A stretch of 64,000 nt of DNA from a virus. Both the position numbers and the translations under genes were made by a program. The notes under the pieces were generated by a model. That model saw nothing but the letters and a program-made list of their open reading frames with translations, was not told the DNA's origin and made no database searches. How positions within the stretch are numbered: position 1 is the stretch's first letter; every line of letters begins with the position of its first letter. Below, one piece after another: positions 8,481-18,172 of this stretch. The DNA lies in the IMG/VR virus record IMGVR_UViG_3300045988_100041; one strand, 5' to 3'.

Positions 8481-10188
8481 GTCTTTTCCGGAGATTTTCG
8501 GTCGATTTCGGAAACTGGCGGCAGAGAATCAGGGAATGCCGATGGCAAGCATTGTATCGGCGTTTGCAGGCATCAACTCCGGGCGCTACGGCATGGCGAA
8601 CCCGTATATCCAGAACCGCCGCGTAAAGCAGATTTCTTCGCTTCCCGCAAACTACACAAAAGACAAGGTTGCGGAAATGCTGACAAGCCCGTATGAGAAT
8701 GAAAAGCCGCTTCGTCAGGTGGGGCATATTCTGGAATATACGGCGTATCCGCTGTTTCATATCCGCAAGACCTATCAGAATCTTTTGACCTACCACAGCT
8801 ATATCGCGCCGAACTTTGTATCGGAAAGCGATATGAAGAAGGACGATTTCTGGCGGGAATACAAGTTGGCAGAAAAGCTCCGGCAGGAGTTTTGCCCGAA
8901 GGAAACGGCACATCAGATCGTTGGGCAGGTCGGAACGGAAGGGAAGGTATTTTACTATCCCAGATACAGCGTAGACAAGAGCCACAACAAGGTTGACTAC
9001 GCATTTTTGCAGCAGCTGCCGTCTGACTGGACGAAGATTACGGGATTCAACAATATTTCGAAGTACACGGTTGCCTTTAACATGATGTACTTCTTACAGC
9101 CGGGATGTGTGCCTGAACAGTTTGGAGATCTGTTTACACCGTATCTCTATGACTTCGCGCAGGTTGTGGAAGCGCCCAAAAAGGCGGACAAGTCGCTTGT
9201 TTTTGCGCAGAAGCGCATTGACATCGGAAAGTTCCGCGCGATTCAGCAGGGACGAGACTTGGTTGGAACGCCGGATGTCTACTATCAGAACGGAAGATGG
9301 TATTATTGGGTGTATCTGCCGCCTGAAAAGGTGTTTACCTTTGAGGCAGACGATGCAAGCAGGACGGCAATCTCGCCGTTTGCAGGACTTTTCCTGAACA
9401 TGATACAGCTGGCGCAGATGGAGCAGATCCAGTTGGAGTTGATTCAAAATCCCCTCGTCAGCCTTCTGCATGGAGAAATCCCGTACAGAGATGAAAAGGT
9501 CGCAACGGACGATGACCAATACAGACTCAGCAACGCAGGGCGGCTTCTTTTTGAAACGCTATGGTATCAGATGCTGTTTGAAAACAACACAAGCGGTATC
9601 GGGCTGTATCTTGCGCCGGTTGAAAACATGAAGCTGGAAAGTCTGTCCGAAGCGCCGTCTGCCATGGATATTGTGAAGCAGGGCTATTCCGATACGATGT
9701 CGCAGGCCGGCATGGGCGCTATTATCCCACTGGGAGACGATACAAGAGCCGCAACGGCACAGATCTCCTTGCAGATTGAAAGCAAGTTCATGGAATGCGT
9801 TTACCGCGACTATGAGCGGATGATGAACGCGATTCTCAAGAGCCTCAACCTCAAGTATGACTTCCGGTTCCGGATGTTTGGAAATCTTGCAGAGGACGAA
9901 AAGACGATGGAACGCGCGATGAAGGGCATGGAGCACGGGATTCTGCCGGATACCTTCTTATACAATGCGCTGCTGGACCGGTCGGTGCTGGATGACATCT
10001 GCTTGTCTGACGCAGTATTTGCAAGCGGCGTGATGGATAAGCGGCTTCCGCTCGTCACATCGTACAGCGCAAAGCAGGACACTTCCAATCTTCCACCGCA
10101 AAAGCAGGGCAGACCCAAAGGGGACGGAGCGGTAACGACAGACGGCTCGGAGGGCGTGATTGACCAATATGGAGCGACAAATGACTGA
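8440..10188 (+). CDS. Portal protein
   Basis: 582 aa. ATG 8440 follows AAGGAGG. Size and position between terminase and scaffold/capsid genes. Confidence 0.7.
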   Translation: MAIPKEELNKVQYESFPEIFGRFRKLAAENQGMPMASIVSAFAGINSGRYGMANPYIQNRRVKQISSLPANYTKDKVAEMLTSPYENEKPLRQVGHILEYTAYPLFHIRKTYQNLLTYHSYIAPNFVSESDMKKDDFWREYKLAEKLRQEFCPKETAHQIVGQVGTEGKVFYYPRYSVDKSHNKVDYAFLQQLPSDWTKITGFNNISKYTVAFNMMYFLQPGCVPEQFGDLFTPYLYDFAQVVEAPKKADKSLVFAQKRIDIGKFRAIQQGRDLVGTPDVYYQNGRWYYWVYLPPEKVFTFEADDASRTAISPFAGLFLNMIQLAQMEQIQLELIQNPLVSLLHGEIPYRDEKVATDDDQYRLSNAGRLLFETLWYQMLFENNTSGIGLYLAPVENMKLESLSEAPSAMDIVKQGYSDTMSQAGMGAIIPLGDDTRAATAQISLQIESKFMECVYRDYERMMNAILKSLNLKYDFRFRMFGNLAEDEKTMERAMKGMEHGILPDTFLYNALLDRSVLDDICLSDAVFASGVMDKRLPLVTSYSAKQDTSNLPPQKQGRPKGDGAVTTDGSEGVIDQYGATND

Positions 10189-10333
10189 GTATGTCAAAAA
10201 AGAGGATCTTTTTCTGATTAACCGCGCACTGAATGACGATAAGGACGTTCGGATTCAGCGAACGAAGGACGGCTACCGCATCGTTGAGGACAGCGTGAAG
10301 GTGATTTTAAAGGCAGTCGTTGAGAAACGGTAA
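10181..10333 (+). CDS. Hypothetical 50-aa protein
   Basis: ATG 10181 overlaps the portal stop. Translates MTEYVKKEDLFLINRALNDDKDVRIQRTKDGYRIVEDSVKVILKAVVEKR. Below the ORF-track size cut-off. Confidence 0.35.
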   Translation: MTEYVKKEDLFLINRALNDDKDVRIQRTKDGYRIVEDSVKVILKAVVEKR

Positions 10334-10444
10334 AAAATCATAGAGAACACCCGCACCGAAATGGCGGAGCGGAAGAGCTAACGGAGCTGACGACACAGAA
10401 ATGTGCCGTTGGCTCCTTTTCTTTTTGGAAAGGAGATGCCTGCA

Positions 10445-10978
10445 ATGGCCCGACTGAAAGAGAAGTTTAATTTTGAAAGCGGCGCGTTTGCCCGTATCCG
10501 GGACGCGGCGAAGGAAGCGACCGGCGCGTATCAGGACGCGGCGCGCAAGCTCGACACACTCAAGGAGTGGGTACTGATCGAGTTTGGAATGCCCAAGACG
10601 GCAGACGTGATTCACAAGCTCGCGCATGCGCAGCCCGTTCGGTTTGACGTGATTGGCGATCTTCTTCACCAGAGGCACATCCTGCAGATCTACCCGGCGA
10701 CCGAGGAATACCGGGGCGAACCGGAGACGCTTGACGATGTGTTTGAGGAAATCATCGACGCGCTGCAGAAGATTGAAAACGCGCTGCATGAATGTGTGAA
10801 GGTATGCGATGAAAGCGGCGTATATCCACTGGGACGCGGATTTGAGAATTTGCAGATGGAAAACAGCGCGAGCTACGAAAAGTTTTTGTATGCGTGGCAG
10901 ATGTATTCCGAGCATGAAATGGGCGCGACGAGCTTTGAGAACTGGATCGAGGATCTTTTTGAGGAAGAGGGTGCGTGA
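10445..10978 (+). CDS. Hypothetical helical protein
   Basis: 177-aa ORF; AAGGAG RBS before ATG 10445. Confidence 0.55.
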   Translation: MARLKEKFNFESGAFARIRDAAKEATGAYQDAARKLDTLKEWVLIEFGMPKTADVIHKLAHAQPVRFDVIGDLLHQRHILQIYPATEEYRGEPETLDDVFEEIIDALQKIENALHECVKVCDESGVYPLGRGFENLQMENSASYEKFLYAWQMYSEHEMGATSFENWIEDLFEEEGA

Positions 10979-10980
10979 CG

Positions 10981-12384
10981 ATGCCGCTTACAAAAACAAA
11001 GCCTTCCAAGTCTTTTGGTCAGATCAGGGTTTTGCAAAAACTCAATGAGTATGAGTTTGGCGTGGAACTCACGATGATGCGAGACGGGCTGAACGAAAAC
11101 AGATGGGAATACCGGAATATCAAAGACCATTATCGGTCGTTTGTCGGTCAACCGATTCTGATTGCCTACGTAATGGGGAAAATCGGAGACGGGCATAACA
11201 GCTCGGAGAAGGTAGACCCTAGGACACGGGAGAAATACTACTCCTACACGGACGGTACAGCGGAGCGGATTGTCGGAACGCTGTCGGATGACATCAATGA
11301 TTTTTCCCTTGTGGAGAGGGATGGTCATACATGGGTTGTGGCGAAGGGAAAGCTGTTTGCATTTTACGCGAAGGAGCTTGTCGACAAGATTGTGCGAACA
11401 GGGCGCATGAGCGTGTCGGTGGAGACCTTGATTCACGAAATGCACAAGGACGGAGATACGGAAGTTTTCACGTCCTGGAGCGGCATCGGTGTCACGATTC
11501 TGGGAGAGGGCGTTGCTCCGGCGATTCCGGGAGCCAACATCGCCCGGTTGTCTGCGATGCAGGATGAATTTAAGACATTGAAACTGCGCGCGGCATCTTT
11601 GCAGAAGTCCCCGGAGAACAACGCCCCCAAGGAAGGGGTAACAACTCGAAAAGGAGTGAAGAAATTGAACACTTATAGCAAGAGACAGCTTACGGAGCTT
11701 TCCGCAAGATTCGAAGGCTACAAGGTTCTGGCTGCCGGAGAGCAGGACGGCAAGGTATATGTTGCACTGCTTTCCAAGGACGGCGCTTTTAAGAGCTACG
11801 TCATGGAAAATGCAGCGGAAACCGTTGTGCCGGAGAAATTTGTAAGCCTGTCTGCAAAAACCGTGGTTCCGTTCGGCGAGGACGCGGAGCTGCGTGTGGA
11901 TGCGATGGACTTTACGGATGCGACAAGCGGAGAGCTGCAAAGCAGACTGAACCACGCAGAAGCAGAACTCAAGACGCTTGGAAAGCAGCTGGAAGATGCG
12001 ACGAAAAAGGTTTCTGACATGGAAACATTTGAAAGCGCACGCCGGCTGAACGCAGCGAAGCAGGCAGCCAAGAACACACTTGCGGCGTTCAACGCGAACC
12101 GCGCAGAAAAGGTTCCCGACAGCGCCATCGACGGCATTCTCAAGGACGTGGAAAGCGGTCTTTATGCCAACTGCATGAAAGACGGCGCTTGGACCGGCGA
12201 GGCAGAGGTCACAAAGTCTGTCTACGCGGTATGCGGCGAGGAAGTTGCAAAGCTGGACGCTGCCGCTGCGCAGAAAAACCGCACGGTATTTGCTTGGGAA
12301 AAGTTCGGTCAGAACGCCCAGCATGACGGCGGCACGATTGGCGACATGCTCAATGGCTGGGGCATCGAGACTGCCAAGGAATAA
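10981..12384 (+). CDS. Putative scaffold / prohead-protease-like protein
   Basis: ~467 aa. Globular N-half, then an Ala/Lys/Glu-rich coiled-coil C-half. Lies between portal and capsid. Confidence 0.45.
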   Translation: MPLTKTKPSKSFGQIRVLQKLNEYEFGVELTMMRDGLNENRWEYRNIKDHYRSFVGQPILIAYVMGKIGDGHNSSEKVDPRTREKYYSYTDGTAERIVGTLSDDINDFSLVERDGHTWVVAKGKLFAFYAKELVDKIVRTGRMSVSVETLIHEMHKDGDTEVFTSWSGIGVTILGEGVAPAIPGANIARLSAMQDEFKTLKLRAASLQKSPENNAPKEGVTTRKGVKKLNTYSKRQLTELSARFEGYKVLAAGEQDGKVYVALLSKDGAFKSYVMENAAETVVPEKFVSLSAKTVVPFGEDAELRVDAMDFTDATSGELQSRLNHAEAELKTLGKQLEDATKKVSDMETFESARRLNAAKQAAKNTLAAFNANRAEKVPDSAIDGILKDVESGLYANCMKDGAWTGEAEVTKSVYAVCGEEVAKLDAAAAQKNRTVFAWEKFGQNAQHDGGTIGDMLNGWGIETAKE

Positions 12385-12401
12385 GAAAGGAGTGAGACAA
12401 G

Positions 12402-12998
12402 ATGTCTTTTACTGCAAAAACCGCGTTTGAAGCGCGTGTAACAAACAACAGAAACAATGACCTCATCAACGTCACCGGTCGGTATCAGGTTTCCCAGAAG
12501 GATGCAGACTGCGACGCCGGCAGACTTGTCATCAGAAACGACAATCTTCCGTGCGCCGGATTTGCGAACGTGAAGAATGAAAACGCATGGTACATGAACG
12601 ACGCGACCTCTACTACGAACGCCGGTGACGTTGTGTACGCGGCGAACACCTATGAGGTTCCGCTTCTTGCAGGCAAGAACGGTCAGCTCTATGCCGTTGG
12701 CACGGAGACGCTCGGTCTTGGCATTCCCGCAGGACGCGACGGCACGTTTACGCAGATCGTCTTTGACGGCACGCATGCGTACCGCTTCGGTATCGGCAAC
12801 GTGACCGGGGAACTCAGCACCAATAAGTTTTTCACCATTGACGCAGGTCAGCTGAAACCTGCCAATGCCGCACCGACCGCGACGGGCGCACTGTACTTCA
12901 AGCTCAGAGGCGAACCCGGCAAGTTCACCGAGGGAACGACTGCCAGCTTTGAATACATCGATGTCATCGCGTTTACGGCTGTTGCCGCAGGCGGCTAA
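12402..12998 (+). CDS. Putative head decoration / minor capsid protein
   Basis: 198-aa Gly/Thr/Ala-rich ORF immediately upstream of the major capsid gene; strong RBS. Confidence 0.45.
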   Translation: MSFTAKTAFEARVTNNRNNDLINVTGRYQVSQKDADCDAGRLVIRNDNLPCAGFANVKNENAWYMNDATSTTNAGDVVYAANTYEVPLLAGKNGQLYAVGTETLGLGIPAGRDGTFTQIVFDGTHAYRFGIGNVTGELSTNKFFTIDAGQLKPANAAPTATGALYFKLRGEPGKFTEGTTASFEYIDVIAFTAVAAGG

Positions 12999-13018
12999 TC
13001 AGGAAGGAGTGAAACAAC

Positions 13019-14257
13019 ATGTCTAAACTGACGCTTAACAGCATTTCCCCGTCTGTGTTTGTTGTGAATGCAGCAGACGGCTCTGGCATCGAACGGCAGC
13101 GCGCCGACATTGTGGCAAAGGGCAGAGTCCTTGCCTATGAGCACGCGGTCAAGGGCAAGAACGCCATGCTCGCGGCAAACGGCAAGGCGGAGTCGGCACA
13201 TTCGATGCTCACCCAGACCGGCTACAGACAGCTCAACGAGAAGTTCCAGCAGGAACACCTTCTGTATGCCGCAAGAATCACCTGCCAGCAGACCGGCGAG
13301 GCGGCTCCGACCGACTTTGACGATTTCCGCCGCAACGGTCAGAGATTTTTCAGAAACAGAAGCTTCTACCGCGTTCTGCAGGGTATCTATCAGGAGATCG
13401 TGACCCCGATCATCCCGGCTGTCTATTCTGAGGCTGTGGATATGTTCGCAGAGACCGTTGAGGTGGGCTTCGGCGAGACGCATATGGTTTCGGTCGGCTC
13501 CAACGACATTCCTGTTTTCCAGGATTCGAGCTGGGGCGCAAGCCGCTCTGTGCCGCGCAACCGCTTCTACAGCAAGGACTACACGCTCAACCCGCAGCCC
13601 AAGACTGCGCAGATCAACGCAAAGTGGTTCCAGCTGGTCGGCAACAATCAGGACTTTGGCGCATTCTTTGCAAACATCGTCGCCGGCATGTATGCAAAGA
13701 CCATGGGCATGTGGAATGCAGCACTGAATGTTGCGAAGGAAGATACAACGCTGATTCCGTCCAACCTGACGTTCTCGTTCGACTCTACGAACTGGATGAC
13801 CGCTGCAAACCGTCTGTCGGCGCTCAACAACACCGGCATCGGCGGCATTTTCGCCACCGGCTCTATGGTTGCGCTGTCGAAAGTTCTGCCGACACAGGCA
13901 AGCGGCTCTTCCAACGTGAACATGGACGCGGCTCTGGCAACGCTTCTTGGCGGCGCTTATAACTCGCGCGGCTATCTGGGCGAGTTTATGAGCATTCCGC
14001 TGCTTCCGCTGCGCGATGTGATCGTTCCCGGTACGCAGAACACCAATCCGGAAACGCTTCTGAGCAACACGGACATCTGGATGATGGCATCGTCCGGCAG
14101 AAAGCCCATGACCATTGCGTACAACGCGGCAACGCCGATCACCATCGAAATCGACCCCGTGATGGACGCGAGCGACTTTGAGATTGCACTCAATCTCACG
14201 ATTGCTCTGGATACTGTTGCAGTATTTTCCAGCAAGATTGCCCACATCACCATCTGA
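13019..14257 (+). CDS. Major capsid protein
   Basis: 412 aa, strong AGGAG RBS, typical size and position, followed by a stem-loop. Confidence 0.7.
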   Translation: MSKLTLNSISPSVFVVNAADGSGIERQRADIVAKGRVLAYEHAVKGKNAMLAANGKAESAHSMLTQTGYRQLNEKFQQEHLLYAARITCQQTGEAAPTDFDDFRRNGQRFFRNRSFYRVLQGIYQEIVTPIIPAVYSEAVDMFAETVEVGFGETHMVSVGSNDIPVFQDSSWGASRSVPRNRFYSKDYTLNPQPKTAQINAKWFQLVGNNQDFGAFFANIVAGMYAKTMGMWNAALNVAKEDTTLIPSNLTFSFDSTNWMTAANRLSALNNTGIGGIFATGSMVALSKVLPTQASGSSNVNMDAALATLLGGAYNSRGYLGEFMSIPLLPLRDVIVPGTQNTNPETLLSNTDIWMMASSGRKPMTIAYNAATPITIEIDPVMDASDFEIALNLTIALDTVAVFSSKIAHITI

Positions 14258-14269
14258 TGCGGGCATCGT

Positions 14270-14298
14270 GGGGAGGGTTCATACCTCCGACCCTCCCC
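14270..14298 (+). terminator. Stem-loop after the capsid gene (partial terminator / RNA stabiliser)
   Basis: GGGGAGGGT (14270-14278) pairs with ACCCTCCCC (14290-14298). Only a weak T tract follows. Confidence 0.35.
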
Positions 14299-14398
14299 AC
14301 ACTTTATATGGCTTGGCAAAGTGCAAGAAGGCGGTGCAAGTCCGCCGAAAGCCGATACGATAACGACAGTGCCATGAAATCTGAAAGGAGTATGAAAG

Positions 14399-15190
14399 AT
14401 GGCTGAAACGAAGAAAAAGACGGGAGAAACGGCAAAAAAAGGCGGCAGACCGCGCAAGGCTGCGGTCGTTCCGGAAACGGCTGCAGAGGATGATTTTTTC
14501 CAGATCGCAGAAGAAGAGGAAAAAATCGAAGTCGACGCGAAGCAGGCAGAAGAAAAAACACCTGAGAAGGAAGCGGAACAGAAAACCTATACCGAAGAGG
14601 ATGTGCAGCGCATGATCTCGATGGCGGTTGCAAAGGCGATGCAGAGCGTTCCCACGCAGCCGGCAGCGCCGCAGATCATTCAGGTTGCAGCGGATACGGA
14701 GAAGGTACATTTTCTTTGGCAGGCAGAGGTTGCAGACGACAACATTGTGCGCTTCGGAGAGGGCGGCATGTATGGGCAGATCGTTGGAAAGACGGGAAGC
14801 TTCTATGTGCCGAAGAGCGAGCTTTCCAGAGTTCTGACAGAGCGCAACCGCGTATTTTTAAAGCGCAGATGGCTGATTGTCGTGTCTGGGCTTGACAAAG
14901 AGGAACGAGAGGCGCTTGGCGTTGATTATCAGGACGGGGAAATTCTCGACCAGAAGGCATTTCAGAAGATGGTAGAGCTTGGAGACGAGCTGCTTGACAT
15001 TTATCCGAAGCTCTGCGAGGGGCATAGAAAGATGGTTGCAAAGAGATGGGCAGAAGCCTATGAGCAAGGAAACCGGAATGTCACAAGACAGCGCACGGTC
15101 AAGCTCAATGATATGAGCAAGGCGCTCGGCGGCGGACGCGGAGATTTTGTCGGAATTATCGAGAAAATGAACGCGCAGGACGCGCAGTAA
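14399..15190 (+). CDS. Hypothetical structural-module protein
   Basis: 263 aa with a charged, low-complexity N-terminus (EEEEKIEVDAKQAEEKTPEKEAEQK). Confidence 0.55.
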   Translation: MAETKKKTGETAKKGGRPRKAAVVPETAAEDDFFQIAEEEEKIEVDAKQAEEKTPEKEAEQKTYTEEDVQRMISMAVAKAMQSVPTQPAAPQIIQVAADTEKVHFLWQAEVADDNIVRFGEGGMYGQIVGKTGSFYVPKSELSRVLTERNRVFLKRRWLIVVSGLDKEEREALGVDYQDGEILDQKAFQKMVELGDELLDIYPKLCEGHRKMVAKRWAEAYEQGNRNVTRQRTVKLNDMSKALGGGRGDFVGIIEKMNAQDAQ

Positions 15191-15220
15191 CAGGAAATAT
15201 GGAAGGGCGGCGGTTTTGTA

Positions 15221-15373
15221 ATGAATGACAAGGAAAAGATCGAGGCGCTATGTGCGGTAATCGAAGAGATTCTTGAGCTGGTTCAGGACGAAACCGCCGC
15301 AGAATGTTACAGGGAGAAATATCGGCAGGCGGTTGCTTGCGAGGATGCGTTTGAGGACGAGAGGTGGAACTGA
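15221..15373 (+). CDS. Hypothetical 50-aa protein
   Basis: MNDKEKIEALCAVIEEILELVQDE... The stop overlaps the next start (TGATG). Confidence 0.35.
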   Translation: MNDKEKIEALCAVIEEILELVQDETAAECYREKYRQAVACEDAFEDERWN

Positions 15374-16086
15374 TGGGAACGCCGTGGAGTGAAATTATCA
15401 CAGATTATGCAATGGTCGTGATCGGCGACACAAGGATGCGAGAGGATCTTGCAACGAACCCGGCACTTTTCTTCCGGAGGATGGCAGGGTGGATGCAGAT
15501 GTCGATTCCGATGTTAAAGTCTCCACCGGAGCTTCTGGTCTATCTGACGCAAGGACTGATACCGCCAGAGTTTTCGGACTTTTCCTGGCAGAGCACGCAG
15601 GAAAGCACGGTGACGGAAACGAGCGTTGAAACGGGGAAAACAGGATTTGAGCTATGCTCGTGCGTGCAGGTGATTCGGCAGAGAAACGGCGATGCGGTGT
15701 ATGCGCCGTACGCGGATTTTACTTACAACGCGGAGACTGGCGTTGTGACGTTTCCGCAGCAGGACAACGCTGGAACGGAATACAGTCTGGATTTTTACAC
15801 AGACGGACAGTTTTTACACGAACTGAGCTTAAAACAGAAGCGGCTTCTGGCGCTGGCAGTTGCGGTGAATTGGGACAACCGATTCAACCGCGAATGGCTG
15901 AATATTCAGCCGAAAATTCACGACAGGAGTTTTAACCCGCCGAACGAGAACACGACGATGAAGGAATCTACGGCGCGGTATGAAAAAAATGCACAGCTAT
16001 TTTATGCAGAGCTGCGCGGATATGAGCAGGAATGCGCGTATATGCGGACGGTAAATCCGGCGCGGCGCGTTTTCCAACTGCTTTGA
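15373..16086 (+). CDS. Putative head-tail connector/adaptor protein
   Basis: 237 aa. Call rests on position in the head-completion region only. Confidence 0.45.
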   Translation: MGTPWSEIITDYAMVVIGDTRMREDLATNPALFFRRMAGWMQMSIPMLKSPPELLVYLTQGLIPPEFSDFSWQSTQESTVTETSVETGKTGFELCSCVQVIRQRNGDAVYAPYADFTYNAETGVVTFPQQDNAGTEYSLDFYTDGQFLHELSLKQKRLLALAVAVNWDNRFNREWLNIQPKIHDRSFNPPNENTTMKESTARYEKNAQLFYAELRGYEQECAYMRTVNPARRVFQLL

Positions 16087-16115
16087 GAGGAAGAAAACAG
16101 GGGGGGTGATACCGC

Positions 16116-17435
16116 TTGGCAATTACAGACAGCATCAAAAACGGCATGATTTCGGAAGGGAAACTGCATCAGGCGGCAAAAAACACCCCGTCAGAATATG
16201 CAGACAGAAAACGGCAGTATCTTTCAGATCCAACGACACAGTTTGTGCATGAGTACGCAAAGTACGCAGCGAACTTCTTCGAGGCAAGGGTGCAGGGGCT
16301 GAATCCGGATGACCCATACGAATGGGAGACGGTACTGATTCGGATGGCAGACATCGCGCCCGACTCTGCCTCGACGCTTCGGAAAAAGGACGATTACAAG
16401 ATCGTTTTGTTTGCTGACGCGAGCATCGATTATGTCCCAGAGGGGGCAAAGATCGAGTGTATTGGTTCAACGTGGCTGGTTATCAATCCGCAGAACATTT
16501 CAAGCGAAACGGCAAACGCAGTGGTTCAGCGGTGCAGGTCGGTATGGAACCATCTGGACTGGTACGGAAATCTTCTTTCCGAACCGCTTTGTGTGGATAA
16601 GGCACTGCTTTTGTCGAACGATTCAGACATGCAGGACTACGCGCTGATCTCGAAGGGATATGTAAACGTTTCGTGCCAATGCAACGAGCAGACAAGAAAG
16701 CTTGGAACGAACAGCAGAATTATTTTGGGGTCCGGGGCATACCGGATCACGGGATTCAGCGATTATTCGATGGAGTTTACGGGGGACTACAGCTCGGTAC
16801 GGATGCTGGAATTTTCCGCGCGGTATGAACCTGCGAACATGGAAATAGACGATATGGAGCGGCACGTGGCAGGCGGCAAGGCGTTTTCCTGGGAAATCCG
16901 GATTACGGGAAACACGGTTATCAAAACGGGCGCAGCAAGCCTCCTCGCGGCGCAGAGCATCCGTATGGGAAAGACGGTAGAGACAAGCTGCGAACGGGCA
17001 ATCGGCTATCTTTGGAAGAGCAGCAACCCGGATGTTTTGGAGGTTGGGCTTGACGGGAGCATCTTCGGTATTTCAGAAGGCGAGAGCGTTGTTACATGCA
17101 CGCTGGCGCAGAACAGGGAAATTCAGCAGAGCGTGAGGGTTACGGTTGTGCCGGCAGAGGGAGAAAACGAGGTCGCTTTCCTCGGAAACATTCCGAAGAG
17201 CATCCGCGCGTATGAGTCTTTGACGCTGGAAGCGGCGTATTTTGAAGGCGGAGAGCAGCGGCTTGATCGGGTCTCGTATTCCCTGTCCGGCGCAGAGCGC
17301 ATGAGCTATTCCTTCGAGGTTTTTGAAAACCGTCTGACTGTAAACTGCTGGGGAGACAGCAAAACGCCGCTTGAGATTACAGCGACGGTTGGAGACTACT
17401 CCACAAGCGTAAAACTCGGATTGGAGGGGCTTTAA
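16116..17435 (+). CDS. Structural protein with Ig-like (Big_2-type) domains
   Basis: 439 aa. The C-terminal half has Big_2-like repeats (SSNPDVLEV...VTCTL...VRVTVVP). TTG start listed; ATG 16146 is an alternative. Confidence 0.6.
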   Translation: MAITDSIKNGMISEGKLHQAAKNTPSEYADRKRQYLSDPTTQFVHEYAKYAANFFEARVQGLNPDDPYEWETVLIRMADIAPDSASTLRKKDDYKIVLFADASIDYVPEGAKIECIGSTWLVINPQNISSETANAVVQRCRSVWNHLDWYGNLLSEPLCVDKALLLSNDSDMQDYALISKGYVNVSCQCNEQTRKLGTNSRIILGSGAYRITGFSDYSMEFTGDYSSVRMLEFSARYEPANMEIDDMERHVAGGKAFSWEIRITGNTVIKTGAASLLAAQSIRMGKTVETSCERAIGYLWKSSNPDVLEVGLDGSIFGISEGESVVTCTLAQNREIQQSVRVTVVPAEGENEVAFLGNIPKSIRAYESLTLEAAYFEGGEQRLDRVSYSLSGAERMSYSFEVFENRLTVNCWGDSKTPLEITATVGDYSTSVKLGLEGL

Positions 17436-17437
17436 GT

Positions 17438-18145
17438 ATGGCAATTTCGCTCATGCAGGGTGACAGCTACCCGCTGCCGTTTGTGCTTCGGATGATGGAC
17501 GGGACGTTAATCACGGAGGACTTGGTTGAGATCGTGGTTTTGAATCTCGGCGGCATGTCTCGGCAGTATCCGGGCGATGTGGAGTACCGGGACGGGAAAT
17601 GGCTGTTTCCGGTGACGCAGAAGCAGAGCTTTTCGCTCAAGGGAAGCGTGGAGCCGCAGGCAAGAGTCCAGTTTAAGGGCGGCAATATCTTTGGAGGAAT
17701 CGGAAGAGCGATTGACGTTTTTTCGTCTCTGAGCAAGGGCGTTCTTCCGCAGAGCGGCGCGGCAGGCGGCGAGTCCGGGACGCAGGACGTGCCGGTGGAT
17801 ATTCCGGCAGTCTGCGGAAATGTCCATGTGACGGTCATGGCGGCGAGCGCGAATATTGCGCTTGGCGCAGTCCGTTATGATATTGCGCAGAATCTGACAC
17901 CGGAGCAGAAGCAGCAGGCGAAGGAAAACCTTGGCATCGGTTCCGGCGATGACCGGCACTTTACATTCACGCAGAGAACTGCGTCTGATCTTTGGATGAT
18001 CCAACATGACCTTGGAAAATATCCTTCTGTGTCGGTGGCGGACAGCGGAGGAAACGAGGTCGTTGGTGAGGTCACATACCTGACAAAAAATAAACTGAGC
18101 ATCGCATTTACAGCACCATTTTCCGGAGAAGCGTATCTCAACTGA
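17438..18145 (+). CDS. Hypothetical structural protein
   Basis: 235-aa ORF tightly packed after 16116..17435. Confidence 0.55.
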   Translation: MAISLMQGDSYPLPFVLRMMDGTLITEDLVEIVVLNLGGMSRQYPGDVEYRDGKWLFPVTQKQSFSLKGSVEPQARVQFKGGNIFGGIGRAIDVFSSLSKGVLPQSGAAGGESGTQDVPVDIPAVCGNVHVTVMAASANIALGAVRYDIAQNLTPEQKQQAKENLGIGSGDDRHFTFTQRTASDLWMIQHDLGKYPSVSVADSGGNEVVGEVTYLTKNKLSIAFTAPFSGEAYLN

Positions 18146-18172
18146 TTTTAACCCGAAAGAGAGGAATTTCAC

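Noticed and set aside
10873-12324. 483-aa ORF on the - strand
   Set aside because: It lies fully antisense to the scaffold-like gene. It has an Arg/Cys/His-rich shadow-ORF composition and no RBS, and it would break an otherwise uninterrupted + strand late operon. This is typical of GC-rich antisense frames.
12995-14266. 423-aa ORF on the - strand
   Set aside because: It is antisense to the major capsid gene, with the same shadow-ORF composition (Arg/His/Cys-rich).
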